Origin: the human T2T-CHM13v2.0 reference genome, Homo sapiens
NCBI RefSeq assembly: GCF_009914755.1
Contig: NC_060927.1
Strand: one strand, 5' to 3'
Length of the DNA stretch: 64,000 nucleotides
Numbering within the stretch: position 1 is the stretch's first letter; every line of letters begins with the position of its first letter. This document shows, piece after piece, positions 24,063-38,871 of the stretch. The notes under the pieces are model-generated. The model was not told where the DNA came from and searched no databases. It worked only from the letters and a program-made list of their open reading frames with translations. The position numbers and the translations under genes were made by a program.

Positions 24063-26990
24063 TTTGTTGAGAGTTTTAATCATAAAGGGATGCTGGATTT
24101 TGTTGAATGATTTTTATGCATCTATTGAGATGACCATGTAATTTTTGTTTTTAATTCTATTTATGTGGTGTATCGCATTTATTGATGTTATAATATATAT
24201 GTGGTGTATCACATTTATTGGTATGTGTTGATATATGTTGATATTTGCTAATATATGTCGATATGTGTTGATATATGTTTATGTGGTATATCACATTATA
24301 TTGATATTAATGTTAAACCATCCCTGCGTACCTGGTATAAAACCCACTTGATCGTGGTGGATTATCTTTTTGATATGTTTTTGGATTTTGTTAGCTAGTA
24401 TTTTGTTAAGGATTTTAGCATCTGTGTTCATCAGAGATATTGGTCTGTAATTTTCTTCATCAGAGATATTGGTCTGTAATGACCTTTCTTGGTTTTAGCA
24501 TTAGGGTGATATAGGCTTCACTGAATGACTCAGGGAAGGCTCCCTCTTTCTTTATCTTGTGGAATAGTGTCTATAGAATTGGTACCAATTCTTCTGTGAG
24601 TGTCTGGTAGAATTCTGCTGTGACTCCATCTGGTCCTGGACTTTTCTGTGTTGGTAACTTTTTTATCACAATTTCAATCTCACTGCTTGTTATTGGTCTC
24701 TTCATGGTATCTAATTCTTCCTGATTTAAACTAGAAGTGTGGTATCTTTCCAGGAATTTATCCACCTCTTCTACGTTTTCCAGTTTATACACATAAAGGT
24801 GCATTGGCATACAAGGGACACACCTCAATATAATAAAAGCCATCCATGACAAACCCACAGCCATTGTAATACTGAATGTGGAAAAGTTGAAATCATTCCC
24901 CCTGAGAACTAGAACAAGACAAGGATGCCCACTTTAACCACTCCTCTTCAAAATTGTACTGGAAATCCAAGCCAAAGCAATCCCACAAGAGAAAGAAATA
25001 AGGGGCATCCAAATTGGTAAAGAGGAAGTCAAACTGTTGCTGTTTGCTGATATGATTGTTAACCTGGAAAACCCTAAAGACTTTTCCAGAAAGCTCCTAG
25101 AACTGATAAATTCAGTAGTTTCCAGATAAAAAATTAATGTACACAAATCAGTAGCTCTTCTATACACTAAGAGTGACAAAGCTGAGAACCAAATCAAGAA
25201 CTCAAGGTCTTTTACAGTAGCTGCAAAAATAAAATAAAATAAAATAAAATACCAAGGAATATACCTAACCAAGGAGGTGAAAGATCTCTGCAAAGAAAAC
25301 TACAAAACACTGCTGAAAGGAATAATAGATGACACAAACAAATGGAAACACATCCCATGCTCATGGATGCATAGAATCAATATTGTGAAAATAACCATAC
25401 TGCCAAAAGCAATCTACAAATTCAATGCAGTTACCATCAAAATACCACCATCATTCCTCACAGAATTAGAAAAAAAATAGAAAATTTATAGGAAACCAAA
25501 AAAGAGCCAGCATAGTCAAAGCAAGACTAAGCAAAAAGAACAAATCTGGAGGCATCACACTACCTGATTTCAAATTATACTATAAGGCCATGGTCACCAA
25601 AACAGCATGGCACTAGTATAAAAACAGGGACACAGACCAATGGAACAGAATAGAAAACTCAAGAATAAATCCAAATATTTACAGCCAATTGATCTTTGAC
25701 AAAACAAACAAAAACATAAAGTGGGGAAAGGACACCCTTTTCAACAAATGGTGCAGGGATCACTGGGAAGCCACATGTAGAAGAATGAAACTAGATCCTC
25801 ATCTCTCACCTTATACAAAAATCAACTCAAGATGAATTAAGGACTTAAATCTAAGACCTGAAACTATAAAAATTCTAGATTATAACATTGGAAAAACTTT
25901 TCTAGACATTGACTTAGGCAAGGAATTCATGACCAAGAATCTAAAAGCAAATGCAATAAAAACAAAGATAAATTGCTGAGACTTAGTTAAACTACAAAGC
26001 TTTTGCACAGCAAAGGGAACAGTCAGCAGAACAAACAGACAACCCACAGAGTGGGAAAAAGTATTCACAATCTATACACCTGACAAAGGACTAATGTCCA
26101 GAATCTACAATGAACTCAAACAAACCAACAAGAAAAAAAAAAAAATCCAAAAGTGGGCTAAGGAAATTAATACACAATTCTCAAAAGAAGATATACAAGT
26201 GGCTAATGAACATATGAAAAAATGATCAACATCACTAATGATCAGGGAAATGCAAATCGAAACCACAATGTGATACCACCTTACTCCTGCAAGAATGGCC
26301 ATAATCAAAAAATAGTAGATGTTGGCATGAATGCAGTGAACAGGGAACACTTCTACACTGCTGGTGGACATGTAAACTAGTACAGCCCCTATTGAAAACA
26401 GTGTGGAGATTCCTTAAGGAACTAAAAGTAGAATTACCATTTGATCCAACAATCCCACTACTGGGTACCTACACAGAGGAAATGAAGTCATACAAAAAAG
26501 ATACTTGTATACGCATGTTTATAGAAGCACGATTCACAGTTGTAAAAACGTGGAACCAACCCAAAAGCCCATCAATCAACGAGTAAAGAAATTGTGGAGA
26601 TATATATATAAATATATACATATATGATGGAATACTACTCAGCCACAAAAAGGAATTAATGGCATTCGCAGTGACCAGCATGAGACTGGGGACTATTATT
26701 GTAAGTGAAGTAACTTAGGAATGGAAAACCAAACATAATATGTTCTCGCTTATAAGTGGGAGCTAAGCTATAAGGATGCAAAAGAATAAGAATGACACAA
26801 TGGACTTTGGGGACGCAGGAGGAAAGGGTGGGAAAGGCGTGAGGGACAAAAAACTACAAACAGGGTGCAGTGTATACAGTTCGGGTGATGCATGCACCAA
26901 AGTCTCACAAATCACTGAAGAACTTACTCATGTAACCAAACACTACCTGTTCCCCAATAACCTATGGAAAATAAATAAATAAATAAATAA
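24063..26990 (+). mobile_element. 5'-inverted (twin-primed) L1PB1-like element: inverted 24063-24802, sense 24803-26990
   Basis: Strand switch at about 24802 between segments that are contiguous in the L1 consensus; (AAAT)n tail; TSD aagatttgttcattttg (24050) / aagatttattctttttg (26991). Confidence 0.92.
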
Positions 26991-29170
26991 AAGATTTATT
27001 CTTTTTGCTTAGGATAGCTTTGGCTATTCCGAGTCTTGTGTGGTTTCATATAAACTTTAGGATTGTTTTCTCTATTTCTGTGCAGAATATTATTAATATT
27101 TTGATAGAGATTGCATTGAGTCTGCAGATTGCTTTGAGTAGTATGAACATTTTAACAATATTGATTCTTCCAATTCATGAACATGGGATATCTTCACATT
27201 TTTTGGTGTCCTCTTCAATTTCTTTCATCAGTGTTTTATAGTTTTCATTATAGAGATCGTTTACTTCTTTCATTAATTCCTAGGTATTTAATTTTATGTG
27301 TGGCTATTGTAATTATGATTACTTTTTATTTCTTTGTCAGATTGTTCACTGTTGGCATACAGAAAGGCTACTTTTTTTTGTATGTTGATTTTGTATCCTG
27401 CAACTTTACTAAATTGCTTATCAGTTCTAGTATGTTTTTGGTGGAATCTTGAAGTTTTTCTAAATATGAGATCATGTTATCTGCAAACAAGGATAATTTG
27501 AATTCTTCCTTCCAATTTGGATGCCCTTTATTTCTTTCTCCTGTCTGATTGCTCTAGCTAGGACTTTCAGTACTATGTTGAATAATAGTGGGAAAAAGTG
27601 GGCATCCTTGTCATGTTGCAAATCTTAGAGGATTGGCTTTCAATTTTTCTCCATTCAGTATGATACTAGTTGTGGGTCTGTCATATATGTCTTTTATTAT
27701 ATTGAGGCATGTTCCTTCTATCCCCGGTTTTTTTAGGTTTTTTATCATGAAGGATGTTGAACTTTATCAAATGCTTTTTCAGTATCAATTGAAATGACAA
27801 AATGATTTTTATCCTTCATTCTACTGATATGATGTATCACATTGATTAAGTTGCACATGTAGAATGATCCTTGCATCCCAGGGATAAATTCCACTTGGTC
27901 ATGAAGAATGATCTTTTTAATATATTGTTGAATTCTATTTGTTGGTATTATGATTCATATTTTTGCATAAATATTCATCAGAGATATTGGTCAGTAGTTT
28001 TCTTTTTTTGATATGTCTTTCTCTAGTTTTGGTATCAGGGTAATACTGGTCCTGTTGAATGAGTTTGGAAGTATTTTCTTCTCTATTTTTTGGCACAGTT
28101 TAGGTAGAATTGGTATTAGTTCTTATTCAAATGTCTAGTAAAATTCAGCAGTGAAGCCATGGTGTCCCAGTCTGTTCCTTGGTAGGAGACTTTATTATGG
28201 CTATGATCTCATTATTTGTTAATGGTCTGTTCAGGTTTTGGATTTCTTCATGGTCCGATCCTAGTACTTGTATGTGTCTAGGAATTTGCCCATTTCCTCC
28301 AGGTTTTTAAATTTATTGGTCTATAGTTGCTCATAGGAGCCACTAATGATCCTTTGAATTTCTTCAGTATCAGTTGTAATGTCTCTTCTTTCATCTCTGA
28401 TTTTATTTATTTAGGCCTTCTCTGGTTTTTTTTTCTTAGTTAATCTGGCTAAAAATTCACCAATTTTGTTTAAGTTTTCAACAAACAATCTTTTGGTGTC
28501 ATTGATCTTTTGTATTATTTTCTTATTTAAATTTTATTTATTTCCACTATAATCTTTACTATTTCCTTCATTCTACTAATTTTAGGTTTGGTTTGCTCTT
28601 GCTTTTCTAGTTCTTGAAGATGCATTTTTAAATTGTTTATTTGAAGTTTGTTCTCTTTGCTAATGTAGGCACTTATAGCTATCAGCTTCTCTCTTAGTAC
28701 TGTTTTTGCAGTATTCCAGAGGTTTGGGTATGATGTGTCATTATCATTTTTTTCAAGAAATTTTTATATTTCCTTCTTAATTTCTCGATTTACCCACTGG
28801 TCATTCAGGAATATGTTGTTTAATTTTCATGTATTTGAATAGTTTCCAAAATTCCTCTTTTTAATTTCTAGTTTTATTCCACTGTGGTCAGAGAAGACAC
28901 TTCATGTTATTTCAATTTTTTGAATGTTTTAAGACTTGTTTTGTGACCTAACACATGATACATGATGTATCTTTGAGAATGATCCGTGTGCTGAGAGGAG
29001 AATGTATATTCTGTAGCTTTTGGATGAAATGTTCTGTAAATATGTATTAGAATCACTTGTTCTGTAGTGCACATTAAGTCTGATGCTTCTTAGATGATTT
29101 TCTGTCTGTAAAATCTGTCCAATGCTGAAAGTAGGGTGTTGAAGTCTCCAGCTATTATTGTACTGGTACC

Positions 29171-29528
29171 TGTGTTAGTCTGTTTTCATGTGCTGATAAA
29201 GACATACCCCAGACTGGGTAATTTATAAAGAAAAAGAGGTTTAATAGACTCACAGCTACACATGGCTGGGGAGGCCTCACAATCATGGCAGAAGGTTAAA
29301 GGCACATTTTATATGGCTGCAGAAAAGGGAGAGAACTAGTGCAGGGAAACTCCCCATTATAAAACCATAAGATCTCATAAGACTTATTCACTATATTGAG
29401 AGCAGCATGGGAAAGACCTGCCCCCATGATTCAATTACCTCCCACTGGGTCCCTCCCATTACACATGGGAATTGTGGAAGCTACAATTCAAGATGAGATT
29501 TGGGTGGGGACACAGTGAAACTATATCA
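29171..29528 (-). mobile_element. THE1 (THE1B-like) MaLR solo LTR
   Basis: tgtgttagtctgttttcatg..gctgataaagacatacc...caagatgagatttgggtggggacacag..atatca, about 360 bp, inserted in L1MA ORF2. Confidence 0.93.
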
Positions 29529-32419
29529 GGGTCTGTCTCTCTCTTTAGCACGAATAACATTTGCTTTATATAACTAGGCACTCCAGTGTTGGGTGCATAT
29601 ATATTTAAAATTGTTATATGCTCTTGCTAAATTGATTCCTTTATTATTAGAGACATTCTTTGTCTCTTTTTATAGTTTTTGTCTTGAAATCTATTTTGTC
29701 TTATAAAAGTATAGCTACTTCTGCTCATTTTTGGTTTCCATTGGCATAGAATATATCTTTTTCCATTTTTTTTTTCAATCTATCTGTGTTTTTATAGGTA
29801 AGGTATGGTTCCTGTAGGCAACAGATTTATGGGTCTTGCATTTTTATTCAGCCAGTCTATGTCTAAATGGAATGTTTAATCCATTTATATTTAATGTTAT
29901 TACTGATAACTGAGGACTTACTCCTCCAATTTTGTTACTTGTTTTCTGGTTGTTTTGTGGTCTTCTCTTCCTTATTTCTCTCCTTCCTGTCTTCCTTTAG
30001 TGAGGCTGATCTTCTCTAATGATATAATTTAGTTTCTTGCTTTTAATATTTTATGCATCTGTTGTATATTATTTGGTTTGAGGTTATCATAAGGCTTGCA
30101 AATACTATTTTATAACCTATCATTTTAGCAAAGAGAAAAGTAATGAAAACTCTACAATTTATCTTCACCACCCCACTTTTTAACTTTTCATTATTTCTAT
30201 TTTTATTTTATTTTACTGTCTATGTCTTGAAAATTTGTTGTGGTTATTGGTTTTGATTGGTTCATTTTTTAGTGTCTCTACTTAGCATAAGGGTAGTTTA
30301 TACACCACAATTACAGTGTTATCATATTCTGGGGTGTTTTGTCTACTTCCTATTTCCAGTGAGTTTTCTTAGGTAATTATTTTTGCTCATTAACATCCTT
30401 TCTTTAAGATTGAAAAAATCCCTTTAGCATTTCTTGTAAGACAGGTCTGGTGTTGATAAAATCCCTCAGCTTTTGACTGCCTGGGAAAGTCTTCATTTTT
30501 CCTTCATATTTTAAGGATATTTTCCCTGGATATACTATTCTAGGGGAAGGGTTTTTCTTCAGCAATTTAAATATGTCATGCCACTCTCTCCTGGCCTCTA
30601 AGGTTTCCACTGAAAAGTCTGCTACCAGATGTATTTGAACTTCACTCTATATTATTTGTTTTTTTTTTCTCTTGTTTCTCTTAGGATCCTTTCTTTATCC
30701 CTGACTTTTGGGAGTTTGATTATTAAATGCATAGAGGTAGTCTTTTGTGAGTTTAATCTACTTGATGTTCTATAACCTTCTTGTACTTAGGTATTGCTAT
30801 CTTCCTGTAGGTTTGGGAAGTTCTGTCACTATGCCTTTGAATATACTTTCTATATCTATCTCTTTCTCCACCTCCTCTTAAAGGCCAATAACTTTTAGAT
30901 TTGCCCATTTGAGGCTATTTTCTAGAACCTGTAGGAATGCTTCATTGTTTTTTATTTTTCATCTTTTGTCCCTCTGACTGTGTATTTTCAAATAGCCTGT
31001 CTTGATGCTCACTAATTCTTTCTGCTGCTTGATCACGTCTGCTATTAAAAGACTCCAATGCATTATTCAGTGTGTCAACAACATTTTTCAGCTCCAGAAT
31101 TTCTGCTTGATTCTTTTTGGTTATTTCAATCTCTTAGTTAAATTTGTCTGATTGAATTCTGAATTTCTCCTTTGTCTTTCCTCAAGACACTTATTTTGAA
31201 TTGCATGTCTGAAAGGTCACATAATTCTGTTTCTCCAGGACTGGTCCCTGGTGCCTTATTTAGTTTGTTTGATAAGGTCATGTTTTCCTGAATTGTTGTG
31301 ACACCTGAGAATGTTTGTCTGTGTCTGGGCATTGGAGAGTTAGGTATTTATTGTAGTCTTCACTGTCGGGGCTTGTTTATTCCCATCCTTCTCAGGAAGA
31401 CATTTCAGATATTTGAAAGGACTTGGGTGTTGTGATCTAAGCTGTGTCTGCTTTATGGGGCAAACCAAGCCCAGTAACACTGGTTCTTGCAGACTTGTAA
31501 AGATACAGCCTTGATGGTCTTGAATGAATATGGAAGAATTACCTGGATTACTAGACAGAGAGACCGTTGTTCTTTTCCCATACTTTCTCCCAAACAAACG
31601 GAGTTTGTCTCTTTGTTCTGAGCCACCTAGATCTGGGAGTTTAGTGACACAAGTGCCCCTGTTCACACCACTAAGACTGTGTTGGGTCAGACTAGACACC
31701 AGCACAGCACTGGATCTTGTCCAAGTCCTGCCACAACCATTCTCTGGTTACTGCCTATGTTTGCTGAAGGGCCTGGGGCTCTACAATCATCATATGGTAA
31801 AGCCACCCAGTGCTATGTCCTTCCCTTCAGGGTGCCAAGTTTTCCTAGGCCCTGTGCAGGTCCAGAGGTGCCATCCAGAGTCAGTGACTAGAGTGAAAAA
31901 CCTTAGAAATCCCCCTGGTGCTCCATTGTATTGTGGCTGAGCTGGCACTCAACCACAAGATGCTGTCCTTCCCACTCTTCCCTCCCCTTTCCAAAGGAAG
32001 AGGAGCTTCACCTGTAGCCACTTCCACCACAGGTCACAAGAAGTACTGCCAGACGACCACTAATGTTCCCTTAAGGCTCTTAAGTCAGCTTGTGGTGAAT
32101 GTTGCCTGGCCTGGGACTCACCTTCAGGGCAGTGGCTCCTCTTTGGCCCAGGGCAGATCCAGAAATGCTATCCAAGGACCAAACCCTAGAATTGAGAACC
32201 TCAAGAGCCCATATGATGCTCTACCTTCCTGTGGCTGAGCTGGTACCTAAGGTACAAGACAAAGCCCACTTTTCTTTTATCCCACTTTTCTCAAGCAGTA
32301 GCCTTGCCTTATAGCCACCACAGCTGTAAATGTGCTGAGTCTCACCTGAAGCCATCAAGTTTCAGAGTCTCACCTAAGGCCCTCGACATAGTACCTGGTT
32401 ATCGGGGTGGGCTCGAAAA

Positions 32420-32733
32420 CCATTCTTTTATGTCCTTATAGGAGATAACAAAAGACACACAGAAATAAGGAGGAAAAAAAGTGATGTGAAGATAGAGACA
32501 GAGACTACGGTGATGCATCTATACGCCAAGGAATGCCAAGGATTGCTAACAACCACCAGAAGATAGAAGAGAGGCATGGAGTCGTTCTTCTTCAGTGCCT
32601 CCAGAAAAAAACAATCTTGCTGACACTTTGATTTTTGACTTCTGATCTCCTGAATTGTGAAAGACTAAATTTCTGTTAGCTTAAGCCACCAAGCTGTGAT
32701 AATTCGTCATGGAAATTGCAGAAAACTAATGTA
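32420..32733 (+). mobile_element. MLT1 (B/C-like) LTR, 3' half
   Basis: gccaaggaatgccaaggattgc...ccaccagaag...ctgacactttgatttttgacttctg...ttaagccacc...gaaaactaat. Confidence 0.85.
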
Positions 32734-34827
32734 TAAAGAATATTAGAAAATAGTCTGAAATTAATGAAAATGACAAAATGTATGAAGTACAGCTAAAACA
32801 GTCGTTAGAAGGAAATATATTGCTATAAAAGCCTATACTTTTTTAAAAGTGAAGAAAATTCTCAAATCAACTATCTAATTTTCTACCTTAAGATTCTGGA
32901 AAAAGGAGAGCATGCAAAAAAGAGAGAATGAAATGCAAAGCAAATAGGAGAAAAGAAATAATAAGAACTAGAATGAAAATTAATTAAATAGAGAATAGAC
33001 AAACTGAGAAAAATCAATGAAACTAAAATTGGTTCTTTTAAAATAACAACAGTGCTGAAAAACCTTTAGCAAGACTAATGAGAAAGACAGAGAGAGAAAG
33101 AGCATATTCAAATGACTAGAATAATAAAGTAAAAAGGGGATATTACCGTCAATTTTACAGAAATATACAGGATCATAAAGAAATACCATAATCAATTGCA
33201 TGCTAATAAGTTAAACAACTTTGACGAAATGGACAAATTCCTAAAGGAGACAAACTACCAAAACTGACTCAAGAAAAAGTAACAATCTGAACAGACTTGT
33301 AATAAGTAAAAAGATTGAATAAGTAACCAAAAATACCTCCTACAAAGCAAAGTTCAGGCCAAGATGACTTCACTGATGAATTCTACCAAAAATTCAAATA
33401 ATTAACACCAATCCTTCAGAAACGCTTCCAAAAAAAAAAAAAATACAAGAGGAGGGAACAATTTCCAACTTTATTCTGAGGTCAGTATTACCTGATATCC
33501 AACCCAGAAAAAGGCATCACAAGAAAAGAAAGATACACACCAATGTCTCCTATAAACAGATATATTTTAAAAGTCTCAACCAAATACCATAAATCAAATC
33601 CAAAAACTTATCAAGAGGATTGCACATTATGACCGTGAGGGATTCATCCCAAGAATGCAAAGTTAAGGTAACAACCAATAATCAATTTATGTAATACATG
33701 ACATCAATAGAATACATGACAAAGATGTTATCATCCCAATAGACAACAAAAGTATTTGACAAACTTCAACACTCATCTATGATTTTAAAAAAATTCAACA
33801 AAATAAGAATAGAAGGCAATTTCTTTAACTTTACTAATGACATCTATTAAGAAAATACACAGCTAGCATCATATTTAGTGATGAAAGTCTGAATGTTTCC
33901 CCCCAAGATCAGAAATGATACAGCATGTCTGTTATTGCAACTTCTACTCAGCATTGTACTAGAGGTTCTATCCAGGGCAATTAGGCAAGGAAATAAAATA
34001 AAGAACATCCAGATTGGAAAGGAAGACATGCAACTATTGCTATTGCTCTTAATACAGAAAATCTAAATACAGAAACCTAGGAAAAGATAATTCTATGGAA
34101 TCTACTAAAAAACTATTATAACTAATTAAGAAGCTCAGCAAGTTTGCAGGATATAAGATTACCATATAAAAATGAACTGATTGTCTATACGATAATAATA
34201 AACAAAGTGAAATCAAAATTAAGAAAATAATTCCACTTACCAATAGCATCAAGAAGAATAAAATAATTAGAAATAAATTTAACAAAGGAATAATACTCCT
34301 GTGAAAACTACAAAATACTTTTGAAATAAATTTTAAAAGACATAAATAACTGGGAGGACATTCCACGTTCATGGATCAAAAAACTTTTTTAAGATGTCAA
34401 TAATCCCCAAATTTATCTACAGATACAATGCAATTCTTATCAAAATCCCAGTTGGCTTCTTTCCGGAAATTGTCAAACTGATATCTGACAATTTATATGA
34501 AAATTTATATGAAAATTCAAGGGATGCAGGATAGCCTAAACAATCTTGAAGAAAAAGAATAAAGTTATTTGCCTCCATTTAAGCCTCAATGCATTTTCCA
34601 TTCCTTCTTAAAGTATTGCAGTTTAGATTAATCAACACAATTTTACAGATTTAGATCACTTGGAACATCCTAAACAGGAAACCTCAAAGTAAATCATGTC
34701 CAAACACATCGTAATCAAACTGCTGAAAATGAAGTCAGCCAGAAAACAGCCAGAGAAAATAACACATTATATAAAAAGGAACAATTCAAATGACTACAGA
34801 TTGCTCAAGAGATGCCAGAAAACAATT
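32734..34827 (+). mobile_element. Old L1M ORF2 fragment plus short ORF1 fragment (about 34660-34827)
   Basis: Degenerate ORF2 (gaaatggacaaattcct; ttcactgatgaattctaccaaa; catccagattggaaaggaag) and ORF1-like KHIVIKLLK. Confidence 0.85.
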
Positions 34828-35317
34828 GCATCAGTTTTCTATTCCTATATAACAAATTGCCACAAATTTGTGACTTAACACAAATGTATCATCTTACAGT
34901 TCTGTAGCTAAAGGTCCAACACAGCTAACTAGGCTAAAATCAAAGTGTTTTCAGGGCTGTATTTCTTTTTGGAGGCTTTAGGGGGAAACCTCTTTTCTTG
35001 TATTTTTTAGCCTCTACAGATTGCCCACATATTTGGGATCATGGCTCCTTTCCTCCAGTTTCAAAGCCAGCAACAATGCATCTCTCTGCCATTCTTCTGT
35101 GGTCACATCTCCCTCTAATCACAGCTGGAAAAGATTGTTTGCTTTGAGGGAGGCTTGTGATTTGATTGAGCCCACCTAGATAATCCAGGCTAATCTTTCC
35201 ACCTCACTGTCCACTTAATCACATCTGCAAAGTCCCTTTGCCCAGTGAAGTAACATTCACAGGTTCCAGGGATTAGAACAGGAACCTTTTTGAGGGACTA
35301 TAATTCTCTCTATTGCA
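34828..35317 (-). mobile_element. MLT1D-like solo LTR
   Basis: tgcatcagttttctatt...aacaaattgccacaaattt...cacatctgcaaagtccctttg...gggattagaaca; about 490 bp. Confidence 0.85.
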
Positions 35318-35329
35318 ACAATGAAATAC

Positions 35330-36455
35330 CAGTTTTAAAGTACAGAAAAACCTGTCTCAAGAGAATGAGAAGATAAGCCACAGACTTGGAGAAAGTATTG
35401 GCAAAGGACATATCTGATAAAGGACTACTGCACAAAATATATTTTTTAAACTCATAAAATTTAACAAAAGGAAAATGAAAAATCATATTAAAAATGGGCA
35501 AAATATCTGAACACTTGCATCACCAAAGAAAGAAAAGAATATGTGCAGATGTTCAATGTCATGTCATAAAGAAACTGAATTAAAACAATAACATACCATT
35601 AAATCCCTATTAGAATAGCCAAAATCCAAAACACTGACAACACTAAATACTGGCAAGGATGTGGGACAACAGTAACTCATTCATTTCTAGTGGAAATACA
35701 AAATGGAATGGCCAATTTAGAGGACAATTTGGCAGTTTCTTATAAAACTACCATAGGATCCAGCAATTGCACTTCTTAGCATTTACCCAAAGGAGTGTAA
35801 AATTGTGTCCACACAAAAACCTGCACATGGATGTTTATAGCAGCTTTATTCATAATTACCAAAACTTGAAAGCAACCAAAATGTCCATCAGTAGGTGAAA
35901 GAATGAGTAAACTGTAACACCTTCAGACAGTGAAATATTATTCAGCACTAAAAAGAAATGAGCCATCAAGTCATGAAAGGAGATGGAGGAATGAATATTA
36001 CTAAGTGAAAGAAGCCAATCTTAAAAGGTTACATACCTTATGATTACAACTATATGACATTCAGAAAAATACAAAACTATGGAAACAGTAAAAAGTTGAG
36101 TGGTGGCCAGGAATTGGGAGAGGGAGGGGTGAAGGGGCCGAGCATAAAGGATTTTTAGGGCAATTAAATTACCATTGTAATACTATAGTGATAGATACAT
36201 GACATTATAAATTTGCCCAAGCCCATAGAATGTACAAGACCAAGAGTGAACTCTAATGTAACCTAGAGGCTTTGTATGATAATGATGTGTCAATGTAGGT
36301 TTATCAATTTTAATGAATGTGCCACTGTGATGTGAGATGTTGCTAGTGGGGAGGCTATGAGTGTGTAGGAGAGAGAACATATGGGAACTCTATTTTCTGT
36401 TCAATTTCTCTGTGAACTTAAACCTCCTCTACAAAATTAAGTCTATTAAGAAAAA
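35330..36455 (+). mobile_element. L1MC1-like 3' end
   Basis: ccacacaaaaacctgcacatggatgtttatagcagc...gcccatagaatgtacaa..caagagtgaactctaatgtaa...aaattaagtctatt. Confidence 0.85.
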
Positions 36456-36459
36456 ACTG

Positions 36460-38290
36460 TTAACCCGGAATTGCATGTTTAGGAAAAATTTCCTCAGGAA
36501 TGAGGAAAAAATAATAAAAGCAATATAGCTTGAAAAGAAAGAAATAAAATGGACTCTATTTGCAAATGACATGATTGTTCACATAGAAAATCTCGAGAAA
36601 GCTAAAATAACACTCTTGTAACTAATAAATGAGTTTTCACATGATAAAAGCACAATATACGAACACCAATTACATGTCTACACACCATCAATGAATAAAT
36701 TAAAAGTGAAATTTTAAAAATACAACTTTCAATAGCTACAAAAATATAATATATATTTGCAAGTTTAACAAAATATATGGGGGATCTGTATGTTGAAAAC
36801 TATAAAATGCTGATTAGAATTTGTTGTGGATATTGACAAGTTGATTCTAAAATTTATATACAAAAGCAAAGAAAGTAGAAGCCAAAATAAATTTTTTAAT
36901 GAATAAAAATGTTATAGGATTTCCTCTACTTGATTTCAAGACTTACTATAAAACTACAGAACTCAAAAAGATGTCACATTGGTAAAAGAATAGACACAGA
37001 AATAAACAAAACAGACTAGAGGGTCCAGAAATAAGCCCACACAAATACGGTCAAATAATTTTCATCAAAGGTGCAAAGTCAATTCAGAGAAAAAGCAGTC
37101 TTTTCAACAACAAAAAGAAACTACTGGAATAATTGGGCATCTATATGTCCCACACCTTATACAAAAATTAACTCAAAATACATTATAGACTGAAATATAA
37201 AACATAAAAATATAAAACTTTAGGGAAAAATAGGTTTTCATGACACTGGCTTCGAAAAAGATCCTGAGATACAACATCAAATGCACAATCCATAAAAGAA
37301 AAAAACTAATAAATTGGATGTCATCAAAATTAAAAACTTTCATTCTGTGAAAGACACATCTAAAAGAGTGAAAAGAAAAGCTACAGAGAAAAGATTTGCA
37401 AATCTGACAAAGAATATGCTAACAGAATATAAAAAGAACTCTCAAAACTCAGTAATTTTAATGAACGGTAAAAAGTCGGCAAAATGATTAACCAACATCT
37501 CACCAAAGAAGATGCACAAGTGAAAAATAAGTATATGAAAAGATGCCCAACACTATACCTGCATTAAGGAAATGCTAATTGAATCCACAACGAGATACCG
37601 CTTCACGACTATTAAAATAGCTAGGGAAAAAAAACTGACAATACCAAAGACCGGTGAGAAATCAGAACTGGGATTCTCATACATTCCTGGAGGAATATAA
37701 AATTTTACAGCCACATTAACACACAGTTTAACAATTTCTTGTAACATTAGACAAATAATTGCCATATAACTTAACAATCTCACTGCTAGGTATTTACCCT
37801 AGAAAAAATAAAATATTATGTTCACACAAAAACCTGTGTGAATATTTACATCAACATTTTGCAGTCACCCCAAACTGAAAGCAATACAAATGTCTGTCAG
37901 CAGAGAAATGGATGAACCATTGTACATCCATACAATGGAATACAACTCAGCAATAAAAGAAACAAGCTATCACATAGAACAGCACAGTTGAATCTCAAAT
38001 GCATTATGCCAAGCAAAAGAAGCCAGATTCCTAAGGGCGTATGCTTTATTATACCATCTATGTGACATTCTAGAAAAGGCAAAACCATAGGGATGGGGAA
38101 CAAAGCAGTGGTGTCTAGGGTTTGGGAGTAAGCGGCACTACAAGGGAATGATGTGAGGTGATGGAACTGTTCTGCATCCTAACTATATGGTAGTAGTTAC
38201 ACAACTCTACATATTTGTCAAAACTCATAGAATTGTACATCAATAAAAGTATATTTTAATGTATGTAAATAAAAAATAAACATTGGCAAA
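36460..38290 (+). mobile_element. Old L1M (L1MD/ME-like) ORF2 3' part and 3'UTR
   Basis: ctatttgcaaatgacatgatt (FADD-like region), gatttcaagacttactataaa, tgaatctcaaatgcattatgccaag, tttgtcaaaactcatagaattgtaca. Confidence 0.82.
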
Positions 38291-38400
38291 AAAGAGACCA
38301 TGAATGGCTTTTCTTCAATAAGTTTGCAGTTGTATCATAATAGGTTGGTGCCAAAACATTTGAGACATTTATTTATTTCATTGCAATAATGCAACATAAT

Positions 38401-38688
38401 TTTTTTTTGAGACAGAGTCTTGCTCTATCGCCCAGGCTGGAGTGCAGTGGCGCGATCTCAGCTCACTGCAAGCTCCGTCTCCCAGGTTCAAGCAATTCTC
38501 TGCCTCAGCCTCCCGAGTAGCTGGGATTACAGGTGCCCACCACATCGCCCGGCTAATTTTTTGTATTTTTAGTAGAGACGGGGTTTCACCATCTTGGCCA
38601 GGCTGATCTTGAACTCCTGACCTTGTAATCCACCCACCTCAGCCTCCCAAAGTGCTGGGATTACAGGTGTGAGGCACCCCGCCCGGCC
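38401..38688 (-). mobile_element. AluS (AluSg-like) SINE with TSD
   Basis: Full dimeric Alu in antisense; TSD aatgcaacataatttt at 38388 and 38689. Confidence 0.97.
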
Positions 38689-38810
38689 AATGCAACATAA
38701 TTTTACGGCTCCTATGATTTTGATTCCTATTAAACAAATATCAAAATGTCATCTGTTTCTACCAGTTGTGTGCTGTAAATATACACACATAATGTATACC
38801 AGTACACATA

Positions 38811-38824
38811 CTTACATACGCACA

Positions 38825-38868
<44 letters not shown>
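38811..38868. repeat. (CA)n microsatellite
   Basis: Direct observation. Confidence 0.95.

Positions 38869-38871
<3 letters not shown>

Larger units (their letters stand above)
23090..32405 (-). mobile_element. Second L1MA-type element lacking its 3' end (ORF2, ORF1, partial 5'UTR), interrupted by MER1B, L1PB1 and THE1
   Basis: 23090-24065 is a diverged equivalent of 21470-22120. ORF2 resumes at about 26991. ORF1 fragments lie at 30404-30610 (ARREWHDIFKLLK...RIVYPGKISLKYEG) and 31138-31332; L1M1-type 5'UTR at 31340-32405. Confidence 0.9.
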
